Positions 24,851 to 37,800 of a stretch of DNA of 64,000 nt are shown one piece after another (within the stretch, counting starts at the first letter, position 1; every line of letters starts with the position of its first letter). The translations under genes and the position numbers were made by a program. The DNA is from Marsupella aquatica (taxonomy: Eukaryota; Plantae; Marchantiophyta), in contig OZ316891.1 in NCBI GenBank assembly GCA_973895155.1, forward strand, positions 25,853,899 to 25,917,898, read 5' to 3'. The notes under the pieces are model-generated. The model searched no databases. It saw nothing but the letters and a program-made list of their open reading frames with translations, and was not told where the DNA came from.

Positions 24851-27800
24851 CGATGGTGCGGAGCGGAGATTGTGTGATTTCCCTGCAGGCAGAGGACCCG
24901 AAGCCTCAAGAGACGACAAACAGCGGGCGGGCACAAAAGCCCACCCAAAAGCCCGCAGCCGAACCGAACCGAACCGAGCCGAACCCCCGATCCTAGGTGA
25001 GGTGAGGTGAGCGAGGGACGGAGCCGCGCCTCTACTGTATCGTACGTACGGTTCACGCGCGGGAGGACAGACAGGCAGGCAGGCAGGCACGCGGGGGCCG
25101 AGGGGCCAGTAGAGCTGGGCTCATCAGTCAAGCTAACGGACGGATCGAGACGAAAACATGAATCCATCCATCACGGAGAGTGATTGAGGAACGGACGGAC
25201 AGACATCCAGAGGCGCGGCATTCAAGGCAGACCGGGCTGGAAAAGACATTATTATTTCTTTCTCGCCTTAAAAAAACAATGAATTACGTTCTCAGAGTAT
25301 CGAAGGCGCACAATTGAGAAATCGAAGCATCGAAGGCTTTGTACTGATTGCGTAAATAATAAGAAAAGATATTACTGGAAATGATGAAAATCGACATAAG
25401 CGTACTGTCACAGACGGATGGGTCATGATTGTCTATGAGAGACGGGATAGTCAATAGTGGGCTGGTCGGAAGGGTCGGACACGGAGGAACCAGCTCACAG
25501 GAGGGACCGCCGGTACTGGACAGCAGAGCCCGACCCTCCTCATACAATTTACAGAATGTTCGTGGCCGTCGATGGAAATTACCTACGGCTCCGATTGGAG
25601 TAAATTGATAAATAACAGGCTCGTATCTCACAGAAATGAATGCTCTACCAGAAGAAGGGTCGGGAAACGGAGGGACACTGGGACAGGGAGGAAGGGCGGA
25701 GCGCTGCGAGCCTTCTCCCGGTAGAGCCGGGACCAGTGAAGGACCGGCTGAGCAGCAGTAGGTACAGCACCGGCCTTCGGACTCTTCAGTCGCCACTTGT
25801 CCTTCCGGCAAAGGCCCACAGCCCAGCGCGCGCTCTCTAACGGTTTCCGTCAACTGCCTCGACTCCCTCGCGCCATCTCGGTCTCGCCCTAATATGGCCT
25901 ACCCGGGAGTCCGCTGCCGCTTCCTTGCTGTCCTGCAACGGTACGCCCCCTGGATTTTAGGTACACCCACTGGTACACCCTCTCCGCGTCGAGTTTTGCT
26001 TCCGGACGAGCGGATCAGATCGACATCATTTTAGGGCTCCCGCCGCCTTGTCCCCGGGACGGACTCGGCCAGCGAACGAAATCGGCATACGTGTTCCATT
26101 CCGACACGTGAAAATCTGGCGCGCCAGTCCCGCGCAAGTGCCATGGCCGGCAGCAACGCGCCGGGCAGATGGCCATAGCCGAGGAGTCGTCCGCAGGGAG
26201 ACACTTACCGGCAACCATATTGGCCGGGAGGAGCCAACTTAGTTTTCCGACACCTTGCCGCCAGATGGAGGATTGAGGGCCAATGACGAGGGCCCAACAG
26301 CTTGTCGCGGTACATGTTTAGGTACTGAAATCTGAATAACATCTGCGACAAGAATAACAGCTCTACAGCTAATAATATGCAACGTTCATGAGCTACAGTG
26401 TGGGGGTTTTGTTTTATTTTCTGGAGTACAGTAAGATATTATTTTTGTTGCGACCGTGAGTATTCCCGATTGGCCTTCGTGGTTGGCACCAATAATCGTC
26501 GTGAAACATAGGGTACGATTATGTGCGATTGTGTCCGTAAGGACCCTCTGACTTACTCAAGCAATGATGACACGTTGAGACCAGTTAGGTCAGATTTTAT
26601 TCAAACTGGTGTAGGAATCCATGAATTTTATCCGGTCCTTTCTTTTCTGTTCCTTTTGCAGGGTTGGTCCGGTTGGAGGCTCTCGCTTTCAGATAAGTGA
26701 CTTTCAAGTTTAGGGGAACTAACCAAAGCGACCCCAGACAATAAAAAAAGTGTTTCTTCAAATCCTCTAGTTGGGTGCAGGTTGTTCCTGTTTGGTTTCT
26801 CTTTTTATTGTGTAACTTTGGCCTATACTTGCAGAGTTTGTCATGAGATTGGGGAACAAAGCACTCTCTTTCCAGGGAGTTGAGGGAGTCGTTTTGGACA
26901 GTCGAGACCAGTTCAGCAAGTGATGTCTGACCGCATGCACGCGGACACCAATTCTAGCATGCTCTCGGAGTCACAGTCAAACTTGGTTTGGGCCCATCTT
27001 TTATCTGGTTCGGGCATCGGTTCTGGGGCCTGGCTTTCAACTAGACCTTTGTGGACCCCTTTTTGTATGAGTTTGTTTATCTTCATTATGCCCACGCACC
27101 TCCAGCTTGGTCTACCTCACACCATGTCTCTTGGGCCAGCCTGCATATGTTTGTAGGGCATCAATGGACCATGAGGGCATCCATATTTGTAGGTGTGGTC
27201 ATGGTAGTGACCCGACTGTACCGCGATGACATTTGCAATATGGTGTCAGCTGTTGCCCGTGACCCTTTGGTACCATGTTGCTATGGAGCAGCAACATGTG
27301 CTGCCTCCCCAAGATGGAGTTCTGAATCAGCGTCACACAAACCTGGTCTTCTCTTGGGCGGACGTTCACGTTTTTGAAAGCCTTGGTCATGGTGGACCCT
27401 ACTAGTGCAACCAATGGTGCATCGGCTGCTCATATTTAGGGCCAAGCTGGAGCACGGGCTGCGTGGTTCAAGGAGGACACTTATACCGTGCGTTATCCTG
27501 GAGACCTGTTGTACCCGTTCGTTGTGGAGGTTTTTGGTGCTCTTCACCCGACATTCAGCCAGTTCTTACGTACCTGTGCAGTGCACTATATCGAGTAGTG
27601 GGGACCTTACCCCCCCCAGAGTCTGTAATTACACTCAGCTTTTTTTTGACACAGGGGTGTCAGTTGCGCTTCAGCGGGCTCAGGCATTTACTTTTCTTGG
27701 TAGGGGTGAGGCAATTAGTTTTAGGGCTTCTTGTCACGTTCCATTGCTTAACTTTTGTCTGCAGTTCACCCCAGAGCTCTACCACGCTCTTGAGTTTCCT

Positions 27801-30800
27801 GTAGGCTAGGGTCTTAGGTTTCAGGGTTTCTTTTATTGTGCCATTTTTCTTTGGCTTTTTGGACCTCCCCCTTGCTTGTTGCCCCTTAAATGTGTCTTTC
27901 GCCTTTGGGATAGTGTCTCCTGGTTGGGCGCTCTTTGTTCTTTGCCAGTTTGCTATATATCTGGGATCATGCTTTTCTCAACTTGGACCATTGATGCTGT
28001 TTCAGTGTTTTTAGTTTATTTTACTTGCCAGTTTCATTATTTTGCTTTTTTGCTCAATTTATCTGTGAAGCCCAGGTTCCCCCCCCCCCCCCCCCCGGCA
28101 AAGTTCTGCTCTGGAACTTTTTGACATGGACAAGAAAATAAATTTCAAAGACAAGAGAAAAGGACAAAACCCCCTCACTTGAACGGTTTTCCTTTCTACA
28201 AAGAATTTCTGAAATGTTGGATGGTAGTTTGCATATTTATTATACTAACTCTGAAACATATCAATATAAATCTTTTTAAACATGGGGGTTTTCCACCTGC
28301 AAGCTTGAGTAAGGTGATTTTAACTTTACAAAAAAAAATTATTATCCACCGTGCAACCCAGCCAACAAAGAAGGGGGGAGATTGGTCATATCTGATTGAG
28401 AACTAATACAATAGTGCTATCCCTGGTTTGCCCAAATATTCAATTATTTATGGTCTGAAAAGTTAGTGCTTACACCAAATTGCCTAGAATATTCCTTATA
28501 ATTTAACAACAACTGTTTGGCGGTTTAGCAAATCTTAGACACTTTTAAATTTAATAATTATTTACTCATTTCCTAGCCGGGATACCACTAAAAAGCACAT
28601 TTTATGGGACTACAGTGCCATTTCCGCCTGGAGGTGTTTCCAGGACGACATTGTGATAAGGAATCTTATCGTCCAGTCTTGTTGGGTCACCAGATCTCCA
28701 TCTCCATGAATAATAAATAAAGTCATAGTGTAATCACGCAATGAAAGCCCAACAACTTTTCACCACAAATCACAAGCGCTTTTGCCAAATAGAGCACAAA
28801 CTGATCATATAAAGTCACATTATCATCATCCCAACAATAGTTCAAGAACTTCCCACCACAAATTACACAAGCTGATTTTCCAATAGTGCACAAACTGATT
28901 ATATAAAGTTTTCATCTGTCATCATTCCAACAATATGCCTATGAGCCTATCTATACAGGTCAACGGAACCATAGTTACTCTGGTAAGCGCTATTAGTTAC
29001 TGGCTCAGCCATTCGTTGGCCTTGTGTGGACAGAAATCAAGGGCATTAATTATTGGTTAAGGGTTACTTTCTCAGGAAGTACTCCATCCACAATTGGTCT
29101 GGATGAGTGGGAGAGGAGTCTGAGGTGGTGGGAGGAGATGAGATAGAGAATAGGGGGTGTCAAAGCTGGCCCAAAAGTTCAACATGGCCAACCGGGTCAG
29201 GCTCAGAGTAAAGTTACTTGTAAAAAATTGCCAGACCCATTGATCAAACCTCGTGAATTGTGTGACTGATTTAACTGCCCGATGTAGCTCGACTTGATCT
29301 GCCCATTGCCCTTCTCGAGTTTTCAGGGTCAACCTAAATGACCTCGGCAACAAATATTCCTTCAAGGCAAGATGATAAAATGATGCGGATAATAAAAAAT
29401 CATCCAAAGTAAAAAATACATGATGAGTGAGAAGGCGGATGGCATCTGGGCTTATTAAGGTTCAGAGCAATTGCGGATGCTCTCTCAAAATATTTTGTCC
29501 GAAAATCTGCTGGTGAGTATTGTCTGCTCTTGTGCACCTTGTGGCCCTTCCTCTCGCACCATGGTATGGGGTTCTATGATTTGGCTCCAAAAAGCTTTAC
29601 ATAAATAGGCGAAAGAGTGAGATTGAATATAGATAGTGGATCAGTGTTCTATCTGGAGCAACTACAGACATTCGTAGGACCCTGATAACTGGGTTATCTG
29701 TATCTCTGATAATGAGCTTCTGAGTAATTATGGTTGTGGGGTATTGATAAGGAGTGGTCAACCAAGTGGTTTGCATAGTGGGGAGTACCATGTACTTCAT
29801 TTCATTCAATTAGCAATGGTGGTGGGATTGAAAATGTAACTGGCTAACCTGAGGTTGAGAGGGTAACTAAAGGGGTGCTAAAAGAAGGCCAGGGGTTACC
29901 TCACAGCATGACTGGACTCCACTTACAGGTGCATCAAGTTTTGTCTAGGTGTTGCTCTGGGAGGTCTTCCTCGTATGATTCTAATTTGTGCTCTATTGGA
30001 AAGAGCTTGTGAAATTTATGGTGACGCTAGTGCCATCTCGGGTAGCCCAATAGAAATTAATCATTAAAATTTTGGACTTTAACCATAAATTCTTTAGAGT
30101 ACTAAGGAAACCTCCAAAGAATTTTGCGATGTAAATTCTAGGAAAGTTCTAAGCAAGCTAATGTAAGCACTGACTTCTCAGTGGAGACTGTGTCGTTAAA
30201 ATTAAAATAATCAAAACAGGAAAATAATGTTCTGGAGTCATTTAATGGAATGAAAACATTTAATGTTTTAGTGATTTCATGCAGGATCAAACTACATAAA
30301 TATAGGTCCAGTTCATGCTAGCCTTCCACAAAACATCAATTACTTTTCAAGGAAATAGTGCTAAGTCCATGCACTACTGTGCTGTTTGCATTTGTCATTC
30401 CAATTTTCTTTTTCTTTTCTCGTCATTCAAATCTGCTGTTTGAATATGATAAACCTCCAAACTAATTTATATGTTTAGAACTCACTCTTTCCATCACAAT
30501 AAAACTATTCTTCTTCTTTGGTTATATAATTTGAAGGGGAAATTTATTAAACCCCACAAAAACAAAACAGTTACTCATAACATTTGAATCCAATATTTCT
30601 TGTTGTCCACTCGAGTGAACTATCACACAACCATGCTTCCCGGGCAAGATAAAACTATTCTACAAACCCATGTTACATATTATTTTCAATGTTTCACAAG
30701 TTTTATTCATATTTTCAGTGGGGCCCATATTTCAATAATTATTTAATGTTTGGTGATCCGCGCTGTCTCGATGGTAGTTTTGAGGGCAGGTCAATAACTT

Positions 30801-30859
30801 CATAGTCGGGGGCACATAGAAGTAAAATGCTGAAGAAGAAAAACCATTCAAATTACCCA

Positions 30860-32960
30860 TAATCTCGCCTTCCCTCCACAGCAGAGTCGTGGCCATCAAC
30901 CAGGTGACCGTTCCCATCGAACATTCTTTCCATGGGCCAAGAAGGGGAGGTGGCCAAGTTTCTCACGACTCTTGACAGGGAGTGCAATTATGGCGAGGCC
31001 CGCAATCGACGGCCACCGTGGTCCCTCTTAAATCCAGGGAACCTAATCCACCGTCGATTGACTACCTCCAGCTTTTTGGATTTGAAAAGGGAAGATTGAC
31101 AAGACGCATCAATACCAAAAATCCAACCTCCATTAATGCAGTTGCGACGCTCAGTGGAGATCTTTGTGGAATTGTGGGTGTCTGGGTGAGTGGGGCCAAA
31201 TGTTTCTGACCTGATGGGGTGGTATATTTAATAACGCAGAGTGCGCAAAGTGGTTACTCGGTTCGCTATTTCTGATGGGGAAAGCTATATTAATTGCTTC
31301 TAGACCTTCGCCGGTGACCAATCACTTTTTTCCATCCAAAAGCTTTTCTCAATCCCAAGTATGCTGGTGACACCTAGCCAAAAAAACATGTGTTCGTGGC
31401 CAGCTTTAACGGAAAAACACATTCCCAGCATTTTGCGTGTCTAATTCACCCCCATTTCTATAAATGGTCCACGTATTTCTCGGCACACCATTGCTGGAAT
31501 GTCACACTCAAGCTGGGTCCTAATTTTATTTTTAGCAACATAATTATGACCAAGGTATCGGTGTCCTTTGGCCATGATCGGCGTTCTGAGCAACCCACTT
31601 TGGGACAAACACTGGACACTTTCATGATGAATGGACGCGATTGCCCTCGTCAAGTCAGGGTACCTTATCCATGGTCGATTGACTATCTCCACCTTTTTGA
31701 AAATGGACAGCCATGACAAGTATTCCAGAAATTTTGGCCTACGCTTGGGTCATGTCAACAATTTTCACCACAAACACAAATTTAATATATATTGTAACAA
31801 GCAAACATGATAGCGTTTGTTGCAACTCCAGCAATACAGTTTAGACCCTGGCAGTAAAAACATCAACTACCGCTGTCCATATTAAACTCACTTTTTACCG
31901 TGCCATTTTGCTCCACGATTGAAGGAAAAAAATCACTTTCATGGCAGCTAAAGGTAGCCAATAGCTTTAGAAGGGCAGGTGTAGTGGACAAAGCAATCAA
32001 TACCAAAACTGGGCCAAAAAAGTAACCTCCATTAAAGCATTTGCGACACTCCCATGGAGATCTTTGTGGGGTGTCTTGGTGAGCTGCCAAGTTTTACTGA
32101 CCTGATGGGGTGGCATTTAAAAGGCTACCATCGTAACTTAGTTCCCTATTGTTCTGGCTAAAGTTATTGTAACTTGCTTCAAGACTTTTGTAGGGCCAGT
32201 TCATTTTTCTTAGGACTGTCTTGCATGTGCAAGAGTCCTGAAAACTGCGGCCCTTACCAAGCCACAGATGTCGGGGAAAAGTTAAAACCAAATGTTTTGT
32301 TTTATTATATTTTAAAGGTTCGGGACCTCAAGAGCTGGAAATTTTCCGGCCCTTGCCCTTGTATCTCCACAAAAGAAGCCATCAGGACTGCCACCCTCTC
32401 ACTGCCTCAACTCATGACACGAGTTCATTTTAGGGCCGATGTGCAAAGGACCAAAGACATGCAAGCCGACCCTTAGCCAAACCGTTCTCATTCTACTTTT
32501 TCAGATGTTTCCTTGACACAAACCCTAAACATGTTTTCCTGGCATGTTGCCTCGTATAAAGTTCTTCAGACTGTATTCCCATAATCAGAATGTCAAATGT
32601 TGTGCTGGGCAACCAAAAGAAAATTGATTAAAAATACTTGAACTTTTTATGAGTAATGTTTTGGTGTTTTGTGGTCATGAGAGCAGTCATAGAGAGCCAC
32701 AATGGGCCAAACACTGGACATTCCCACAATCAGCGGCAGCCAATGTCCACTTCCGAAAAGCACAAAAAGTGTAACATGGCCAGAAAGGAAGAACGAGATA
32801 CCTTGCAATTAGCCCAGTTTTGCACTTAAGTAGTGTGCACTTATAGAAAGAGTTGTCTGGGTGAGTGGGGTCAACTTTTCGTGACCTGATGGGGGGTGGT
32901 ATTGAATAATAAAGAAGAGTCTTGTTGCTCTCTAGCCACGAGGGCGGTGAGAGAGGCCCG
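30860..32960. repeat. degenerate tandem duplication, about 0.8-0.9-kb period x3
   Basis: gtgtct.ggtgag...tgacctgatgggg.tgg.att at about 31180, 32070 and 32855. ctccattaa.gca.ttgcgac.ctc..tggagatctttgtgg at about 31128 and 32027. Confidence 0.65.
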
Positions 32961-33244
32961 CATTGGGGCCAAACACTGGACATGCTGGAATTTCTGGAGA
33001 GGATACATTAATGAGGGTGCAAAAAGTCCCCTTTCAAAGCCGAACGTGGTAGACTGATCTGCTCTTTTATATTCTGAGATTTCCGTCCCTCACGAGCTGT
33101 CACATAAAGTACATTAAGAAGGGATTGGTTGGTTGGTGGTTGGTTGGTTATTTGGAACTCCATGAGATTCAACGTCAGACCCTTGCTGGTGGGCTAAGTT
33201 CACATGTTGGACGTGAATTCCTGTTGACCCTGGAAAGTGAGCAT

Positions 33245-33510
33245 ACCCTTGTTCACTCTTCACTGCACTTAGTGTCGGTTATTAAAGTGACTTCAGAGCA
33301 TCTCCATGCCTTAGTGAAAAGCCTTAATAGGGTGTCTCACTCCCCGAGTCCCCGAGCAATATGGCAAACATGTGAAGTACTGTTGGCCATGTTCAACAAG
33401 TGGGCAGAACCCTGTTCACTCTTCACTGGAATTAGTGTGGGTTACTCGAGTGGCTTTCGAGCATGATCTCCCACCCTTACTGAAAGGGTGTTACTAAGGA
33501 GTCTCAATGC
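33245..33510. repeat. direct repeat, about 165-bp unit x2
   Basis: ccct.gttcactcttcactg.a.ttagtgt.ggtta at about 33246 and 33410. Confidence 0.65.
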
Positions 33511-34809
33511 TCGAGTGATACAGCGGTACTGGTCATGACATCTGACCCTAACTATTCTTTCCTTGTCAGGTGAAAATTTGGTTTCTTGTTTTTTGGGTGC
33601 CCAGTCCATGAAGCTTTGTTACGGCCATGTTTTACATATGTCTTTTAAGGACTAAAAGTACTTAACACAGATTCTGAAGTATATAATAAATGTGTCTGTA
33701 ACCCCTACATTGTGACTTAACAACTAGGAAGTTTGGAACCTTTGGACGCCGTGTTGTAACTGAGTGTTGACCAAACCCATTTACTAAAATGCAATAAATT
33801 GTTTCCAACCCATTCAGTATAGGCTGACTATCTTCAAGCACTGGATTTTTTGGTTACAAGATCAGTAATTGGGACTAGGACAATACTGTTTTTTCATGTT
33901 CTACTGGGTTCATTGTTGGGGTTTCAAGATTGGAATGTAGGGTGGTGTGAAGTTGATGTGTCATGTGGAGTAAAATTATCCAACAGTGGTTGTGCTGAGA
34001 TTCATTTCACTGTGACTGCTTCTTACAGTAAACTAAATGGGTAGAACCTTGTTCCCGCTTCACTGCAATTACCTGTGGGTAATGGGTGCTTTACTGTAAG
34101 AACCAGACTGGTAAAACACAAGTGAGAAGCCAATACATCACTGTTTTAACTATTCAAATACAGAAACCTGGAATAAAAAGGCATGGATCAACAGTGAAGA
34201 GGGATTTTTCCTTTGGGGTGTGAGGAAAAAGGTCCATGTCAGTCTCAAGTAGTCAACAATTTTATGACTTTTTTGAAACTCAGAGTGGATACTAAACAAC
34301 CATTAGTAATACATGGATCTCTTAATCCATTAGACTAAAAGAATTTTGTTGTTCATTTGATGTCCAACAAACTTCCATCCTATACAAGCATTGTGGCAAC
34401 AAAAGAACGAGTTTCCTTCTGTCTCTAATCAATAGCACCTCTCATAAGCAAGGGGACTAAGTAAAGTTCTGCATCAATTGAGCAATAGCACTACAAGCAA
34501 TTATATCAAAGTTTTTACAGGAAAGGCTACCTTGGAATTGAGAATTGATGAATAAGTTACTAGAGTGAAAATTCAAGGAGAAGTTATCCCAAATATGCCT
34601 TCAGGAATTGATTTGGGTAACATTGTCCCACCTGCGGTATTGGTCTTTCATCTCTGAAACAGGAGTCCTCACCTGTGGTCAAAAGTTAACAAAATGACAA
34701 ACAAGCATAAAAAAATAGATGAAAATGAAAGAGCTTGAGATTGACTGGTAGAGTAGTGACTCGAGTTAGCAATTTGGAAGCAAGCTTTGGGTCTAAGTAG
34801 TTAGAAGAC

Positions 34810-37800
34810 CTGTCGGAGCCCCGAAAACTTGTGGTCGATGATGTCTGAATTAATGGAACCAGCTGGGCCAAATAAAGCTGGTCCTTTAGAAAATTTTGTC
34901 TGTTTAAGAACATCTGTCTCTGGCATATGTCCAACTATCGGATTTCTGTCTGGGACTGCAATTTTATTCAGCAAGATGTTAGTGATCCCATTGACAAATG
35001 CATCCAACATCTCCCACAAACACAATTCATTTGATGAATGAACACAACATGCTTTGAACATGGTATGAGATGCGTGTTTTCTTTAGGATACCTGTGTCAT
35101 GGTAAGGGCCCGAGGCACTATGGTTCCTCAATGTTGTCCTTCGAATATCTCCCTCTCCAACTTTACAAACACAACACTGTGGCAGTATACATCAGAGACA
35201 TGGAGGTTGTTAAAGACCATTAGCTATCAGTCATACATATCAAAATATCTTAAGGCCTGTACCAACATTGTTTTTCGCTCAGTGGCCTCGATCTCCTAGT
35301 TGGAAAATTTCCACTTTGCTGACCTGGCTGAGTCATCACGGCAGCCTCACTGAGTAGGAAGGCTGAGCATGCAAACAACTGATACTGATGACTGATAACT
35401 GATGAGGTTGCAACACTGGGTATAACATAAATAGACAACTTTAGATGTTAGAAAAATCTTACCATGTACGTAATAGTACAGCCATCACCACTTATCCATA
35501 CATTCAAAAGTTAGAATCTAAGTCATAATTAGGTGTCATATGGTCGATCAGTCCAGAGCTCACCTATTATGAAGCTAGACCTATGAAGCTAGATAATCTC
35601 ACATTTTTGTTCTCAAAGTGGGTCAGGTGCCCTGAAGGAATGTATCTCCGTGTATTCCGGCGTAGTCCTGCGACCAGATTAATAATACAACTGTGATTTG
35701 GCCATCTCCCTTCATTATGCTTGTTGTTTAGATCATGAAAACAACGAAAGCAAAGGGGAGATGTAGTAGCTCGAGTTGAGATGCATAGAATGAAACACAT
35801 GATGCCATGGTGCCTCAAATTTGACTAATTGTTCATGTTTGGCTAGCTTGCTACCAAATATCCCAAATGAGCATGAACTTGCAAGTACAAAAGCTTCAAC
35901 AGGATGTGAGCTGAAAAATTTCTTGATAAATGCTAGTTAGAGAATGATACCAAAACTTATTTACCATTTGGCCCAACCTCAAAAGGGTTTGCCCCATGAT
36001 GGTTGTAAGCCGAAGGGGAGCCTAAATATCCAGGACACAATCACAATCTGTAAGTAAGGGTATGTGCAGCATGATCTCATTGTGTTTGATAATTAGCATG
36101 CACATGGCCAGGTGATCACATGGCCAGATCATAACTCAATAATTAGCACTCATCTGAATGTTTTTTGTAACATACTTTGCATGTTTCAGTCATGTTTTTT
36201 TTCTTCCTTTGTTCAGTCATGTTTTTGTAGTTACATGTGCAGGCAAAACAGAACTGGTAGTACTCTATTACACTATTGCACAGTTTGGTCTCCTGCAACA
36301 AATACCAAATCTCTACTGCTGCATTTTATAGCTTGGTCCCTACATTGTCTTTCTAAATCAAAGACAAAAGTCATTTGTAAATATCAACTCTCTTCTCCTT
36401 ATCTACCTACAAAAGTTGTAAATTAATATGGGCCGATATAGCAACCATGTCAGATATCCATGGTTCATATCAGGTATCAGTTGCTCATATCAGTCAACCC
36501 ATCCTATGATATTAAGTACTCAGCTAGCCGCCAAAAGGTTTTCCAATTCAGTGGACATTGCCAAGTTGAAAACCATTTTTAATTTTCACTCACTCAGTGA
36601 AAAATTTCCAACTTTCCAACTCAGAGCACTTCTGAGTGGAAAAAATGAGTTTTTAATGATTTTCAACTTGACAAGGCAGCTGAGTTCAACTGCTATGAGT
36701 GACTCATAACTGATATACTTAACAACCTCAAGTAAAGCTCTTGATTGAATGACATTCAAATGCTTAAAGAGAAATATTGTGAGAGATGGTTATGTTTACA
36801 TACAATCTATGTGAATATAATTTTGGAGAACACTGCAGGCAGCAAGCCAAGCATTTTGATACATGCAGTGTACCAGTTACCTATGTTCATTTACATGCCA
36901 AAATCTACCTTAATATACCTGGTCTATCAGATGCAGAGGGAACAGTTCCATCTTGATCAGGTGTTTCCCATGCAAGACATAGGGGCAAATGTGATGCAGC
37001 ATATTGCTGTACCCTGGCTTTCCCAAGTTGTCTCTGGCAATCGATAGATTACCAACACTAGATTTAGAAATGTTCCATGCATTCTTAGCCTTCAAGCTTG
37101 ACAGGCAATGCTCAAACTAACTCAAATCCAGTTTGAAGCTCAAAGCTCAATATATGCCGACTGGTGCGGTCTCTACATCTTTAGTGTTGGTTTGGTTTTT
37201 ACACACATCAGTCTACTTGATTTAGAAGGAAATTAACAGAAAAGTCTATAATCTCATTCTCTATCTCATTAAATTCGTGTTCTTAGTACTCATGTGAGCA
37301 GACAAGATCTCTTTAAGAATCTTTTGTTAAGAGGGCCAACTTATTTCTGAGCTGTCATGAATTTCTCTCCCATTAGAACATCAGATCATTTGTCTTGCAG
37401 AAGAGTAAGATATTACAGGCAACAATACAGGTTCTGAAAGTCCAATATATATGGCAAGGAGAATGTCTAGACAGTGCAGTTACCTTAGGTGCTGTGTTGT
37501 AGTCTTCGCCTTGGATTCTGAAGGGAGGAACCCACTCAGCTGGAACAATAATATGCTTCTTCTTTTTATAAGGTGCTGGTTCCGTAAGTGGTGTATAAGG
37601 AACAAGATGCCTTCGGATAGGCTTAAAATGGCCCTCGTTAGTTTCAAGAGTTGAGTTTTTTGGATCAGGCCTCACTTGGGGCCTGTAAACCACCTCATGT
37701 CCCCTTTTATGTGGATGAGAAGTTCTTACACAGGGCCTCCATTCAAAATCTTTACTATGCCCAGGGTCAATGTGTCTTCGGCTGGCCTTCCATTTCTCAC

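Noticed and set aside
24522-26242. Multiple ORFs in promoter/leader region
   Set aside because: Low-complexity translations of microsatellite-rich (gaa, ccgaa, aggc) UTR and promoter DNA.
26550-28120. Cluster of 60-134-aa ORFs
   Set aside because: No recognisable protein or TE motifs, and no termini found.
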